Shown in pieces: positions 34,408 through 43,121 of a stretch of 61,871 bases of DNA. Origin of the DNA: an uncultured Eubacteriales bacterium (GTDB lineage: Bacteria > Bacillota > Clostridia > Christensenellales > UBA1242); assembly GCA_949096025.1 (NCBI GenBank), contig CARXKP010000003.1, positions 1 through 61,871 of the forward strand. Direction: 5' to 3'. The notes beneath the pieces were generated by a model. It did not search any database and was not told the DNA's origin. It was given only the letters and a program-made list of their open reading frames with translations. Position 1 is the first letter of the stretch, and each line of letters begins with the position of its first letter. Position numbers and translations under genes: made by a program.

Positions 34408-35436
34408 TCTTTGTATCCTCCCCGAAGTATCACCGCCCATAAGAGCAAAAACTTCATCTTCATTTACGAGGTTATAATCTCCAGTAATGGTATGTTTTAA
34501 TGCACTTGCTGCGATAGCAAATTCAAGTGCTTTTTGTTTATCATTTGGATACTTTAAGAATGAATGTATCATCGCTCCGCAAAAGGAGTCACCTCCTCCG
34601 ACCCTATCTACAATAGGATTAATATCATATTCCTTAGTAAGCAAAATTTCATTTTTATCAGCATCGTACATAGATGCCCTAAGACCATTGTGAGAAGCAC
34701 TATAAGATGTTCTTGTAGTCGAGAAAATATATTTAAAATCATATTCTTTCGCGATTTGCTTTAACACCATTTTTTCTCTTTCAAGAGGAGTTTTCCCTTT
34801 AAATTGACTTTCATCAATTTTAAAACCTAGACTTTGGACTGCGGTATTTTCATTTCCGAAAAACACATCAACATATTGCATAAGAGGCTTTAATACCTTA
34901 ATCGCTTTTTCTTCTGACCAAAGTTTTTTTCTATAATTAATTTCACAAGATACAAGAACATTGTGTTTTTTAGCAGAAATAAGCGCCTGACGCATTACCT
35001 CTGCTGCTTTATCACTAATTGCTGTTGTTATTCCTATCCAATGAAACCAATCTGTGCCTTCAAAAATTTTATCAAAATCAAAGTCCTCGACATCTGCTTC
35101 TGCCATAGCAGAGCCTGCTCTATCATAAATAACTTTACTTGCACGCATTGATGCACCAATTTCAAGATAATATATTCCAAGTCTATCTCCACCGCGAGCA
35201 ACAAAATCGGTATTCACTCCATATTTTCTAAGTTCATTTATAGCACATTGTCCTATTTCGTGTGCTGGTACTTTTGATACATAAACTGCCTCATCACCAT
35301 AATTGGCAAGCGAAATTGCAACATTTGCTTCACTTCCTCCATAAAGAGAATCAAAACCACTTGCCTGAACAAATCTTTGATTGCCTGAAGTTGACAATCT
35401 CAACATAATTTCGCCCATTGTTACAATTTTTGCCAT
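34405..35436 (-). CDS. kdgK: 2-dehydro-3-deoxygluconokinase (PfkB family)
   Basis: MAKIVTMGEIMLRLS..., GGSEANVA, C-terminal GGGDSFCGA. Confidence 0.85.
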   Translation of the reverse strand: MAKIVTMGEIMLRLSTSGNQRFVQASGFDSLYGGSEANVAISLANYGDEAVYVSKVPAHEIGQCAINELRKYGVNTDFVARGGDRLGIYYLEIGASMRASKVIYDRAGSAMAEADVEDFDFDKIFEGTDWFHWIGITTAISDKAAEVMRQALISAKKHNVLVSCEINYRKKLWSEEKAIKVLKPLMQYVDVFFGNENTAVQSLGFKIDESQFKGKTPLEREKMVLKQIAKEYDFKYIFSTTRTSYSASHNGLRASMYDADKNEILLTKEYDINPIVDRVGGGDSFCGAMIHSFLKYPNDKQKALEFAIAASALKHTITGDYNLVNEDEVFALMGGDTSGRIQR

Positions 35437-35437
35437 A

Positions 35438-36052
35438 TTAGTTTTCTCCTTTGATTATTTTTCTAGTTTTTAAACATTTTTCTTTGATTTCTTCTGGCGT
35501 GCCCTTAACCATCCAAGAACCGCCACAGGCAAATATCTTATCAAATTCCAAAAATTCTTTTATATTTTCATCACTTACACCACCTGTTGGCATAAATCTA
35601 ACTGCAGGAAAGGCAGAACTTAATGCTTTAATTGCCTTTAGCCCTCCATAAATGGATGCAGGGAAAAACTTAAGATTAGTAAGACCAAGTTCAAGTGCCT
35701 GCATAATTTCAGTAGGAGTTGCAACACCTGGGAAATATGGAATATTATTTTTCTGGCACTCTTTTGCCACACTTTCGCTAAGCCCAGGAGAAACTATAAA
35801 TTTAGCACCCACTTCAATCGCCTGCTTGCACTGCTCTGCATTTATAACAGTTCCCGCACCAATCAGCATTTGTGGAAAATTTTTTACTGCAAGTTTTATA
35901 CATTCTCTTGCACAATCTGTTCTAAAGCAAATTTCAGCAACAGGAATATCCCCTTCATTTAGGGCATTAAGCATTGGAATTGTCTGGTCTATATTGTTAA
36001 AAACTACAACTGGAACAACTTTTATATTTTCAATCACTTCACAAGCGTTCAT
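35438..36052 (-). CDS. eda: KDPG / 4-hydroxy-2-oxoglutarate aldolase
   Basis: Track ORF (TTG at 36073) trimmed to the ATG at 36052, preceded by AAGGAGAA. VVPVVV, AGTV, KFFPA, PTGGV. Confidence 0.85.
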   Translation of the reverse strand: MNACEVIENIKVVPVVVFNNIDQTIPMLNALNEGDIPVAEICFRTDCARECIKLAVKNFPQMLIGAGTVINAEQCKQAIEVGAKFIVSPGLSESVAKECQKNNIPYFPGVATPTEIMQALELGLTNLKFFPASIYGGLKAIKALSSAFPAVRFMPTGGVSDENIKEFLEFDKIFACGGSWMVKGTPEEIKEKCLKTRKIIKGEN

Positions 36053-36138
36053 ACATAATTCTCCTTTTGACAAAATACATTAACTATTTTAGTTTAGTAC
36101 AAATTAGTTTTTAAGTCAAAAGTTTAAAGGTAAATAAA

Positions 36139-36168
36139 CAAAAAAGGAAACAATTATGTCCCTTTTTT
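36139..36168 (-). terminator. Terminator after ypeB
   Basis: On the minus strand: AAGGGACA-taatt-TGTTTCCTT (G-U wobble) followed by TTTTG. Confidence 0.5.
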
Positions 36169-36176
36169 TATTTTTA

Positions 36177-37577
36177 TTACATTAACAGACTTCCGTCATC
36201 AGTATTGATTACTTTAAGTACATTTTCAAGTTCACCACTTTCAGCATTGAAATAGAAGTAGTAAGTACTTCCCTTGCTATCCGCTTCAACTTCAACGCAG
36301 ACAACCTCACGATTATAATCAAGTGGAGAAAGAACAAGTCTTTTTTGTACTATCTCAAAAGTTGAAGGCACTCTACCCACTGCGTCATCTAAAGATAAAC
36401 TTCCCTTGGATAAAGTTCTTGAAATATGATTTGTAAAATAAGTAGTCGCATCATAACCAACAATAGTTCCGCTTGTTAGATTAACTTTTACTTTTACAAG
36501 GTCTGGGTAAAGAATAATTCCATTTGATTTTGGTGCTATATTGAGATAAAAATCATTTTCAATACTATCACTCCAAACAATCTCTCCGTCCTCTATACCA
36601 TTATCGCTTGCAAACTTTAAGGCAATCTCTTTAGCATCGTCTTTTTCAACTGCACTTTCACCATTTTCGCCTACACCACTTATGGTAAGGATATGTCCAC
36701 CAATTTTTGTTACCTGTACAAACAACTTTTCACCGTCAGTATTAGTAACACGGAAATTATAAGTTTCAAATCTTCCGTTTGTTTCTCCTTCATAAGCAAT
36801 TTCCGCTCCATTTTTAAAAGTCTTTTCAAGATTATTAGAGGCCTCTTCTTTAGATACCGTTTTCCCTTGTAAGCCTTTGACTTTACTGTTTACAACTGAA
36901 TCTGAGAAAGGTCCATCATAAATCATTGAAGGATATTCAATATTGTTATTTTTAAGAGAGGTAATAGACCTTGTAAATTCGTTTGTTCCCTCATCTATAT
37001 CAAGACTTCCGTCTAAAATAGAATAACCACCGTTAAGTCTTTTTTCAAAATCATTGAGTTGTTGTTTTAAATCAAGCACGCTATAATGAATTTTTTCAAG
37101 AGTACTCATTTCACTTTCGGTTAGTTTATGACCCTCAGCCATTTTTGTAGCAAGAGTTGAGGTATATCCTGAAATTTGATTGACAAGTTTAATTGTATCT
37201 TGAATTTCACTTTGAGATAATGGAAGTTGTGAAACTGATATTTCTGCTTCACTTGCGTTTTTTGATGCTTCCAAGAGCATCTTTCTTTGATAGGTAGAAC
37301 CACTACTTGATGATAATGTTTTAGATAATTTATTTTCTAGATTGTTTACACTGTCAAGAAGGTTATAAAAGTTGTTATTATAAACATTTTCAAGATCAGT
37401 TTTATAATTCATTGAATTATGTTCACTTATTCCCAACCCTATACCAAGACCAACTGTAGAAAGAGCTAAAACTCCTGTGGTTATAGACAAAGCGATTATT
37501 GCCGCTGTCTTCTTTTTTCTTTTTTTCTTTTCACTTGCAAGTACGCTTCCCTTGCTATTTTTATTATTTTCACTCAT
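36177..37577 (-). CDS. ypeB: Germination protein YpeB (PepSY domains)
   Basis: N-terminal TM, 466 aa, C-terminal PepSY-like repeats. It lies immediately downstream of sleB, the conserved sleB-ypeB operon. Confidence 0.75.
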   Translation of the reverse strand: MSENNKNSKGSVLASEKKKRKKKTAAIIALSITTGVLALSTVGLGIGLGISEHNSMNYKTDLENVYNNNFYNLLDSVNNLENKLSKTLSSSSGSTYQRKMLLEASKNASEAEISVSQLPLSQSEIQDTIKLVNQISGYTSTLATKMAEGHKLTESEMSTLEKIHYSVLDLKQQLNDFEKRLNGGYSILDGSLDIDEGTNEFTRSITSLKNNNIEYPSMIYDGPFSDSVVNSKVKGLQGKTVSKEEASNNLEKTFKNGAEIAYEGETNGRFETYNFRVTNTDGEKLFVQVTKIGGHILTISGVGENGESAVEKDDAKEIALKFASDNGIEDGEIVWSDSIENDFYLNIAPKSNGIILYPDLVKVKVNLTSGTIVGYDATTYFTNHISRTLSKGSLSLDDAVGRVPSTFEIVQKRLVLSPLDYNREVVCVEVEADSKGSTYYFYFNAESGELENVLKVINTDDGSLLM

Positions 37578-37592
37578 AACTCTCTCCTTTTA

Positions 37593-38297
37593 TTACAACG
37601 CAAAAATGTGATTTCCTATTGTGACAACTGTCTGTCTTGACCAAATCCAAGAACTTGTTGCTGTTTTTGGGTTGTAATAATAAAGACAACCATAAGTTGG
37701 ATCCCAACCATTTAAAGCATCTTGAGCCGCCTTATAGGCAGAAGAATTTGGGGATAAGTTTATCTGACCATCATTAACAGCAGTAAAAGCATAAGGTTGA
37801 TAAATTACACCTGCGATAGTATTTGGAAAAGATGAACTCTTTACCCTGTTAAGTATTACCGCCGCAACAGCCACTTGTCCAGTATAAGGCTCACCGCGAG
37901 CCTCTGCGTGAACACACTTAGCAAGAAGGTGCAAATCATTTGATGATTGCGTAGTAGATGATGAACCGCTCTTTATAGTCATACCAAGAGCAGCTGCTGT
38001 CTTAGGACCGACAATACCATCAGCAGTAAGACCATTTTTCCTTTGGAAATTCTTTACTGCAGTTTTTGTTTGATTGCCATAAATACCGTCAATTGCACCT
38101 TTATAGTAACCCCATCTTTTGAGTTTTGTTTGAACTGTTTTGTTCTCTGCTGAAGTGAGTGTAGCAACAGAAATGTCTTGTTCTATTTCATCTGCTTTTT
38201 TATGTGAGGCAAGGCTTACTCCAGTCATTCCTAGCCCGACTCCTGAAATGGCAAATATAAAAACAAATGCCAAAATAATTAAAAATCTATTCTTCAC
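37593..38297 (-). CDS. sleB: Spore cortex-lytic enzyme SleB
   Basis: PG-binding repeat (LKRWGYYKGAIDGIYGNQTKTAVKNFQRKNGLTADGIVGPKT) plus Hydrolase_2 domain (AEARGEPYTGQVAVAAVILNRV, QPYAF). Confidence 0.85.
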   Translation of the reverse strand: MKNRFLIILAFVFIFAISGVGLGMTGVSLASHKKADEIEQDISVATLTSAENKTVQTKLKRWGYYKGAIDGIYGNQTKTAVKNFQRKNGLTADGIVGPKTAAALGMTIKSGSSSTTQSSNDLHLLAKCVHAEARGEPYTGQVAVAAVILNRVKSSSFPNTIAGVIYQPYAFTAVNDGQINLSPNSSAYKAAQDALNGWDPTYGCLYYYNPKTATSSWIWSRQTVVTIGNHIFAL

Positions 38298-38833
38298 AAT
38301 TTCCTCCTAGAATACACTTTTAATTTTTCCCAAATTTTAGAAATATATACAATTCTATCAGAATTTGTCGAACTAGTGAAACAGAAGGCAGGATAAACAA
38401 GGCACCACCAGTTGTCACCCTCACCACTGCCGAGTCTTAAAATAAGTGCATCATAATATCCTTCTTCAAGTGTAAGATCATCATAAGTTCTTGTAGGAAA
38501 ATACTCGTTATCAATTCCCGCTCTACTTTTATAAGAAAAGCCTTCCGCTTTTAAAATGTCATCAGCCACCTTTTCTATTAGTCTTAAATTTTGTGACATA
38601 ACTTTCTTTGCCTCTTCAAAACTATCAATATCTGCAAGCATTGGAATAAGAGCATCTACCACTCCGTCCTTGACTTTATATTTAACATTTTGGTCAACTT
38701 GAGAATTTGAGTTTGCTCTAATATGTATTCTTAAATATTCATTTTGAGTTTTTGCGCCAATGCCATTCATTGGGCAAAATATAAAAATAAGCACCATTCC
38801 TAAAACTGCAATAAAACCTAAAAAATATTTCAT
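38294..38833 (-). CDS. spoIIR: Stage II sporulation protein R
   Basis: YLRIHIRANSNSQVDQNVKYKVKD, GEGDNWWCLVYP. Confidence 0.8.
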   Translation of the reverse strand: MKYFLGFIAVLGMVLIFIFCPMNGIGAKTQNEYLRIHIRANSNSQVDQNVKYKVKDGVVDALIPMLADIDSFEEAKKVMSQNLRLIEKVADDILKAEGFSYKSRAGIDNEYFPTRTYDDLTLEEGYYDALILRLGSGEGDNWWCLVYPAFCFTSSTNSDRIVYISKIWEKLKVYSRRKL

Positions 38834-38877
38834 TCTTCACCTTCTATGAATATTTTTGACCATAAATTATATAAAAA

Positions 38878-38910
38878 ATAAAAAAAATAGGCATTTTTTA
38901 GCCTATTTTA
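38878..38910 (-). terminator. Terminator after the SPOCS/LysM gene
   Basis: AAAATAGGC-8 nt-GCCTATTTT with flanking A/T runs. Confidence 0.65.
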
Positions 38911-38948
38911 TCATTTTTTCATATATTATTCTCTTAACTCTGTAATTT

Positions 38949-40463
38949 TTACTGCAGTCTTTGATAGAAGAGTACAAGCGGAACATTATCTTCAACAGGG
39001 AAAGCAACTTCTGGGTTTTGAGAAAGAATTTGCTCTTCCTTTACCTTTGCCTCTTTTGCGATATCCCAAAGTTGTTTGCCAGCAGGAGCAAAAATAACTT
39101 CCATTGCATAATCTTTCTTTTTATATTCTTCAAGTAAAGTTGCCTCTGAAATAACTCCTTCACTTAATGAGCGAGAATAAGAAATTGAAGCCTTTACTTT
39201 CGCATCAAAATAGATTTCTCTACCTTTCTTTACAACTACATCAACATCATTAAGAAGAGCATTAACATAAAGCACTCCGCCCTCATCTGCAACATATTTA
39301 TCTGAAATAACAAATGGAACATCTAATTGAACGCTATGCAAAGATGAATCTTCATCATTTAGGTACACAGCTGTAGTTTTTGCAATTCCCTCTACTGTAA
39401 CCTCTCCATCTTTTAAGTAAGAGTTTGTAACAGCTATTTCACTTCCACCACTAAACAAAAGTTTATCAACTCTTGGACTAGTTTCATCCAATGTTAGCGA
39501 ACCTTCAATCTTGCCTTCGGCAACTTCAAGACCACTAATTGAAGTCATACTGAATGATGATGTTGTTACATTAAGATCATTATTTGTGCTGTAAAGATCT
39601 TTAATAACACTAAGAGTTGCCTCTTCAAATGCTCTAACTACAAGTACAAGCGGAGTTTTAACAATAATCTTTCCTCCTTTTTCATCTTGTACTATTTCAG
39701 TAAGAACAGCTTCTTGTCTTACAAAACTTTCACCTTCAACAAAACTTTCTCTTGTCACCCCAGCAAGTTCAACTTCTTCTTTAAAGGTATCATTTATATA
39801 ACCACTTTCAAATTTGTCATTTTCATTAATATAAAGCACTCTTGTAATTACATCACCACTAATAGTAACAAAACCTGCTCCGGCATCAACATTTCTTACA
39901 ATAGAATGACTTTGGGTAAGAAGCACTTTTTTAATATTTTCTCTAAGGTTAATTTCACTTTCAACTGTAACTTCAGTTTTTGCCGAACCTATATACTTAA
40001 TGATTGTCATTTCATCTTTTTTAAAGCATACATCATCATCGTTGCAAGCAATTGTGTTAACATCATAATTTCCTACAACAAATCCGTCTTGCTCTAGCAC
40101 AACAGCAAGCTTAACCATATCGCCACTTACACTGTCAATATTATGGTCTATAACCTTGACACTTACAAAAGCATCTTTTCCACCTTCAATATCCTCTCCT
40201 TCAAATTTTGATGAAAAAGGACAGGTAGAGCAAACAGTGTTAATTTGACCGTCATCTGCCATAACCATAACTTTGGTGTCAATAGCACCTGAATAATTTA
40301 CAACCCCATTTAATGTTTCAACAGTTTGTACATTGCCTTCCACCGATACTGACAATATCTTTGACACATTAAATCCTGCCGAAATATTACATTCGACTGT
40401 AATATCGCCCTTTGTAAGAGGCGACTTTTTAGCCACACTAAAACTTTCTCTTTCAAATGCCAT
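38949..40463 (-). CDS. SPOCS (DUF3794) domain protein with C-terminal LysM-like segment; SipL-like spore-coat morphogenetic protein candidate
   Basis: 504 aa made of repetitive beta-rich modules (VEGNVQTVETLNGVVNYSGAIDTKVM..., GDVITRVLY...). The C-terminus QLWDIAKEAKVKEEQILSQNPEV is LysM-like. It sits next to veg and sporulation genes. Family assignment is by resemblance only. Confidence 0.5.
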   Translation of the reverse strand: MAFERESFSVAKKSPLTKGDITVECNISAGFNVSKILSVSVEGNVQTVETLNGVVNYSGAIDTKVMVMADDGQINTVCSTCPFSSKFEGEDIEGGKDAFVSVKVIDHNIDSVSGDMVKLAVVLEQDGFVVGNYDVNTIACNDDDVCFKKDEMTIIKYIGSAKTEVTVESEINLRENIKKVLLTQSHSIVRNVDAGAGFVTISGDVITRVLYINENDKFESGYINDTFKEEVELAGVTRESFVEGESFVRQEAVLTEIVQDEKGGKIIVKTPLVLVVRAFEEATLSVIKDLYSTNNDLNVTTSSFSMTSISGLEVAEGKIEGSLTLDETSPRVDKLLFSGGSEIAVTNSYLKDGEVTVEGIAKTTAVYLNDEDSSLHSVQLDVPFVISDKYVADEGGVLYVNALLNDVDVVVKKGREIYFDAKVKASISYSRSLSEGVISEATLLEEYKKKDYAMEVIFAPAGKQLWDIAKEAKVKEEQILSQNPEVAFPVEDNVPLVLFYQRLQ

Positions 40464-40600
40464 TTTTACCCTCCAAACATTTACACGATATATTTACGAG
40501 CCAACTTTAATAAATATTACAAAAATGTTTAAAAAGTTAAAACTTAGTCAATTATTATTTGAAGGAGTATAAATAAATATATTTTCTTTTAGGAGGGAAA

Positions 40601-40837
40601 ATGAGAAAGGCAGGAATGAGTATAAATGAAGTTAAGGAAAAAATACTTTCACTAAAAGGTAGAGAGGTTGAAATGAATATAAATCGTGGCCGCAAAAAGT
40701 TTGAATCTTTAAGTGGAATTATAAAAGATGTTTATCCAAGTGTATTTACCGTTGAAACAGGCGAAAGCAAATCAAGTGTTCAAACTTTTTCGTACTATGA
40801 TGTCCTATGCGGTAATGTAATTTTTGTTGGAGAATAA
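40601..40837 (+). CDS. veg: Veg protein
   Basis: SD is TAGGAGGGAAA. ...LKGREVEMNINRGRKKFESLSGIIKDVYPSVFTV......FSYYDVLCGNV. Confidence 0.85.
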   Translation: MRKAGMSINEVKEKILSLKGREVEMNINRGRKKFESLSGIIKDVYPSVFTVETGESKSSVQTFSYYDVLCGNVIFVGE

Positions 40838-40887
40838 AGATTTTACCTAAATTTTTATCATATTTTAAAATATAACTTTTATACAAT

Positions 40888-40922
40888 CAAAAAACACTTT
40901 ATTTTTCATAAAGTGTTTTTTA
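40888..40922. terminator. Bidirectional terminator (veg / coupling-ATPase gene)
   Basis: AAAAACACTTTAT-ttttc-ATAAAGTGTTTTT. Confidence 0.75.
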
Positions 40923-40932
40923 TTTTTACTTA

Positions 40933-42948
40933 TTAATCGTCATAAGCATTCTTTGGCTTCATAACAATTTGATTTCTTCTATCTATATCATAGAAGATTT
41001 CTTCAATATTAAGTTGTTTTGAAAGAGCCATTGGATCTGGTTTCTTAAGTTTTTCCATACATTTTGCTTGGAAGAATGGTGTCATAACATCCATCATAAT
41101 CGCCTTTCTGAAAATCTTTGCAATAATTGTCCAACGTTCAAGTTGACGAAGTTTTTGCTTATCAAGAAGTGGCTTACGAGTTCTTTGAGTAGAAGTTGTA
41201 ATATTTTCACCGCCAGTTGCAATATCTCTATTAGTTTGACGAGATCTTGAAATTTCCTCGTGGAATACTGTAGTTTCACCGCAGGCTTCTGAGAAAGCTT
41301 GAATTGTTGATGGGTCTTCTGAACCAAGGAATACTTCCATCTGGAAGTTACCACGAATATTTTGTGCTTCATCTTGACCATATTTAATATCAAGTTGCTT
41401 ATAAGATTGTAAGATTATTTCAAAGAATATTTTTCTTGAACGAGAAACTGTAACCATTGTACCAAAGTTTGGAACGGCAGGCATATTACCAAATTCATCA
41501 AGAATAAAGTAAACTGGGCGTGGCAATGTTCCTTTACCATTCTTGTTTGCAACATCAACGAGTACCTTATAAAGCTGACTGATACAAAGTACACCAAGTG
41601 GGTGTCTTTCAGTTTTGTGGTCAGGTATTCTGATAAAGAAGGCTGTTGGCACTTCTGGAATCTTTGTAAAGTCAATATCTGTACCACTTGTAAGGAATAA
41701 GATACCTTCATCACCAAGGGTTTTACCAATAGAAGATGATAGAGTTGAAAGGAATGATCTTTGAGTTACACCACTGGCAAGACATACACCACTCATAAGT
41801 TGATATACGTTACCTCTTACCTTATCTCTTCCGTCAGCATAGGTTGTAAGAGTTTTAAGTGCGCTTTCTCTATCGCCGGCTGGGTCACGTCTCATACAAA
41901 TTTTATAAAGGTTAAAGAAATTAAATTTATCAATAGTCATTCCAAGACGAGGATCTCTTGAGTCCTCAAGCATAGCATACATAATACCAGTAATAAAGTC
42001 ACGACAACCATTTGACCAAGTAGGGTCTTTACTATTTGGGTCATCAGGAATAAGAGAAAGACCTATGTTTTTAATATCACTTTTTGCTTCATCTTCAAGT
42101 TGAATCTTTCTTGATTCAAGTTCTTGTTGAAGTAGTTCTTTTGTTGGGAATGCCTTTCCTTCAAAGCCATACCAAACATTGCCATATTCAGCACCTTGCA
42201 AAACATCTGCACCAAACCTCTTGTGTTTTGCGTCTTCTGGCTTAACATCTGTATATTTTTTAACTTCCTTAGCAAGTTCCCCTGCTCTTTGATAAGTTCT
42301 ATACGCAATTTCCATTGGGTTCCACATAGAAGAAGCATAAGGATCATTTAAGTTAAGCACTATACATTTATATCCTTCCTTTTCAAGAACAGCAGCATTA
42401 TCTGCATAAAGTTCTCCCTTAGGGTCGGTCATAACCATACTAGGTTTTTGTCCTGAGTGTGCCAAAATTCTAATAGTTGGGTTAGCAAGAAGTTGTGTTT
42501 TACCAGTACCAGTAGTACCCAAAACAAGTGCGTGTGTTTCAGGCTTCATATTAACTTCAAAATGTCCCATATTTTGTTTCATTCTAAAAACAAATCCTGT
42601 TTTTTGAAGAGAAGGGAGATTATTCCAAGTTGAATAAATAAGTTCTTTATCCCTCTTCATTTCTTCAGGTGTGATAAACTTAGAGTCAAAGTTAACTTCA
42701 GTTTCATCACCTTCAGCAGTTGTACCCACATTGCTTGCCGAACTTATTTTTCTACGACTGAAAAGTCCCATTCCAAGACCAGTCAAAGCACCAACAATGG
42801 TACATACAATAGCATAAACACCAGTAGCAGCTTCAGAGGCTTCACTTCCAGTCGCGAAAAGACCAACTGCAAAACCGATGCCGTAACCAACTAAGCCTAG
42901 TATCACCATAAAAATTAAGCCTAGTTTAATTCTTCTCCCCATTCCCAT
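40933..42948 (-). CDS. VirD4/TraG-family type IV coupling ATPase-like protein (671 aa)
   Basis: Track ORF trimmed to the ATG at 42948, preceded by AAGGAGATAATT. Two N-terminal TM helices (LGLIFMVILGLVGYGIGFAVGLF, VYAIVCTIVGALTGLGMGLF), Walker A VLGTTGTGKTQ and Walker B VYFILDEFGNM. Confidence 0.75.
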   Translation of the reverse strand: MGMGRRIKLGLIFMVILGLVGYGIGFAVGLFATGSEASEAATGVYAIVCTIVGALTGLGMGLFSRRKISSASNVGTTAEGDETEVNFDSKFITPEEMKRDKELIYSTWNNLPSLQKTGFVFRMKQNMGHFEVNMKPETHALVLGTTGTGKTQLLANPTIRILAHSGQKPSMVMTDPKGELYADNAAVLEKEGYKCIVLNLNDPYASSMWNPMEIAYRTYQRAGELAKEVKKYTDVKPEDAKHKRFGADVLQGAEYGNVWYGFEGKAFPTKELLQQELESRKIQLEDEAKSDIKNIGLSLIPDDPNSKDPTWSNGCRDFITGIMYAMLEDSRDPRLGMTIDKFNFFNLYKICMRRDPAGDRESALKTLTTYADGRDKVRGNVYQLMSGVCLASGVTQRSFLSTLSSSIGKTLGDEGILFLTSGTDIDFTKIPEVPTAFFIRIPDHKTERHPLGVLCISQLYKVLVDVANKNGKGTLPRPVYFILDEFGNMPAVPNFGTMVTVSRSRKIFFEIILQSYKQLDIKYGQDEAQNIRGNFQMEVFLGSEDPSTIQAFSEACGETTVFHEEISRSRQTNRDIATGGENITTSTQRTRKPLLDKQKLRQLERWTIIAKIFRKAIMMDVMTPFFQAKCMEKLKKPDPMALSKQLNIEEIFYDIDRRNQIVMKPKNAYDD

Positions 42949-43002
42949 AATTATCTCCTTTATTTTTTTGTAGGGCAATAAAAGACGCCCTTTTACAAAT
43001 TA

Positions 43003-43032
43003 ATCTTAGCATTTTTTAATAAGATATGTCAA
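43003..43032 (-). promoter_or_regulatory. Putative promoter of the coupling-ATPase gene
   Basis: On the minus strand: TTGACA (43032-43027), 18 nt, TAAGAT (43008-43003). Confidence 0.45.
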
Positions 43033-43081
43033 ATAAGTTTAAAAGTTTTTTAAATTAAAATATTATATATCTTAAATAATC

Positions 43082-43113
43082 AAAAAATCGCAAAGTTTTT
43101 GCTATGCGATTTT
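43082..43113 (-). terminator. Terminator after glmS
   Basis: AAAATCGCA...TGCGATTTT, followed on the minus strand by TTTGATT. Confidence 0.6.
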
Positions 43114-43121
43114 AATAAATT

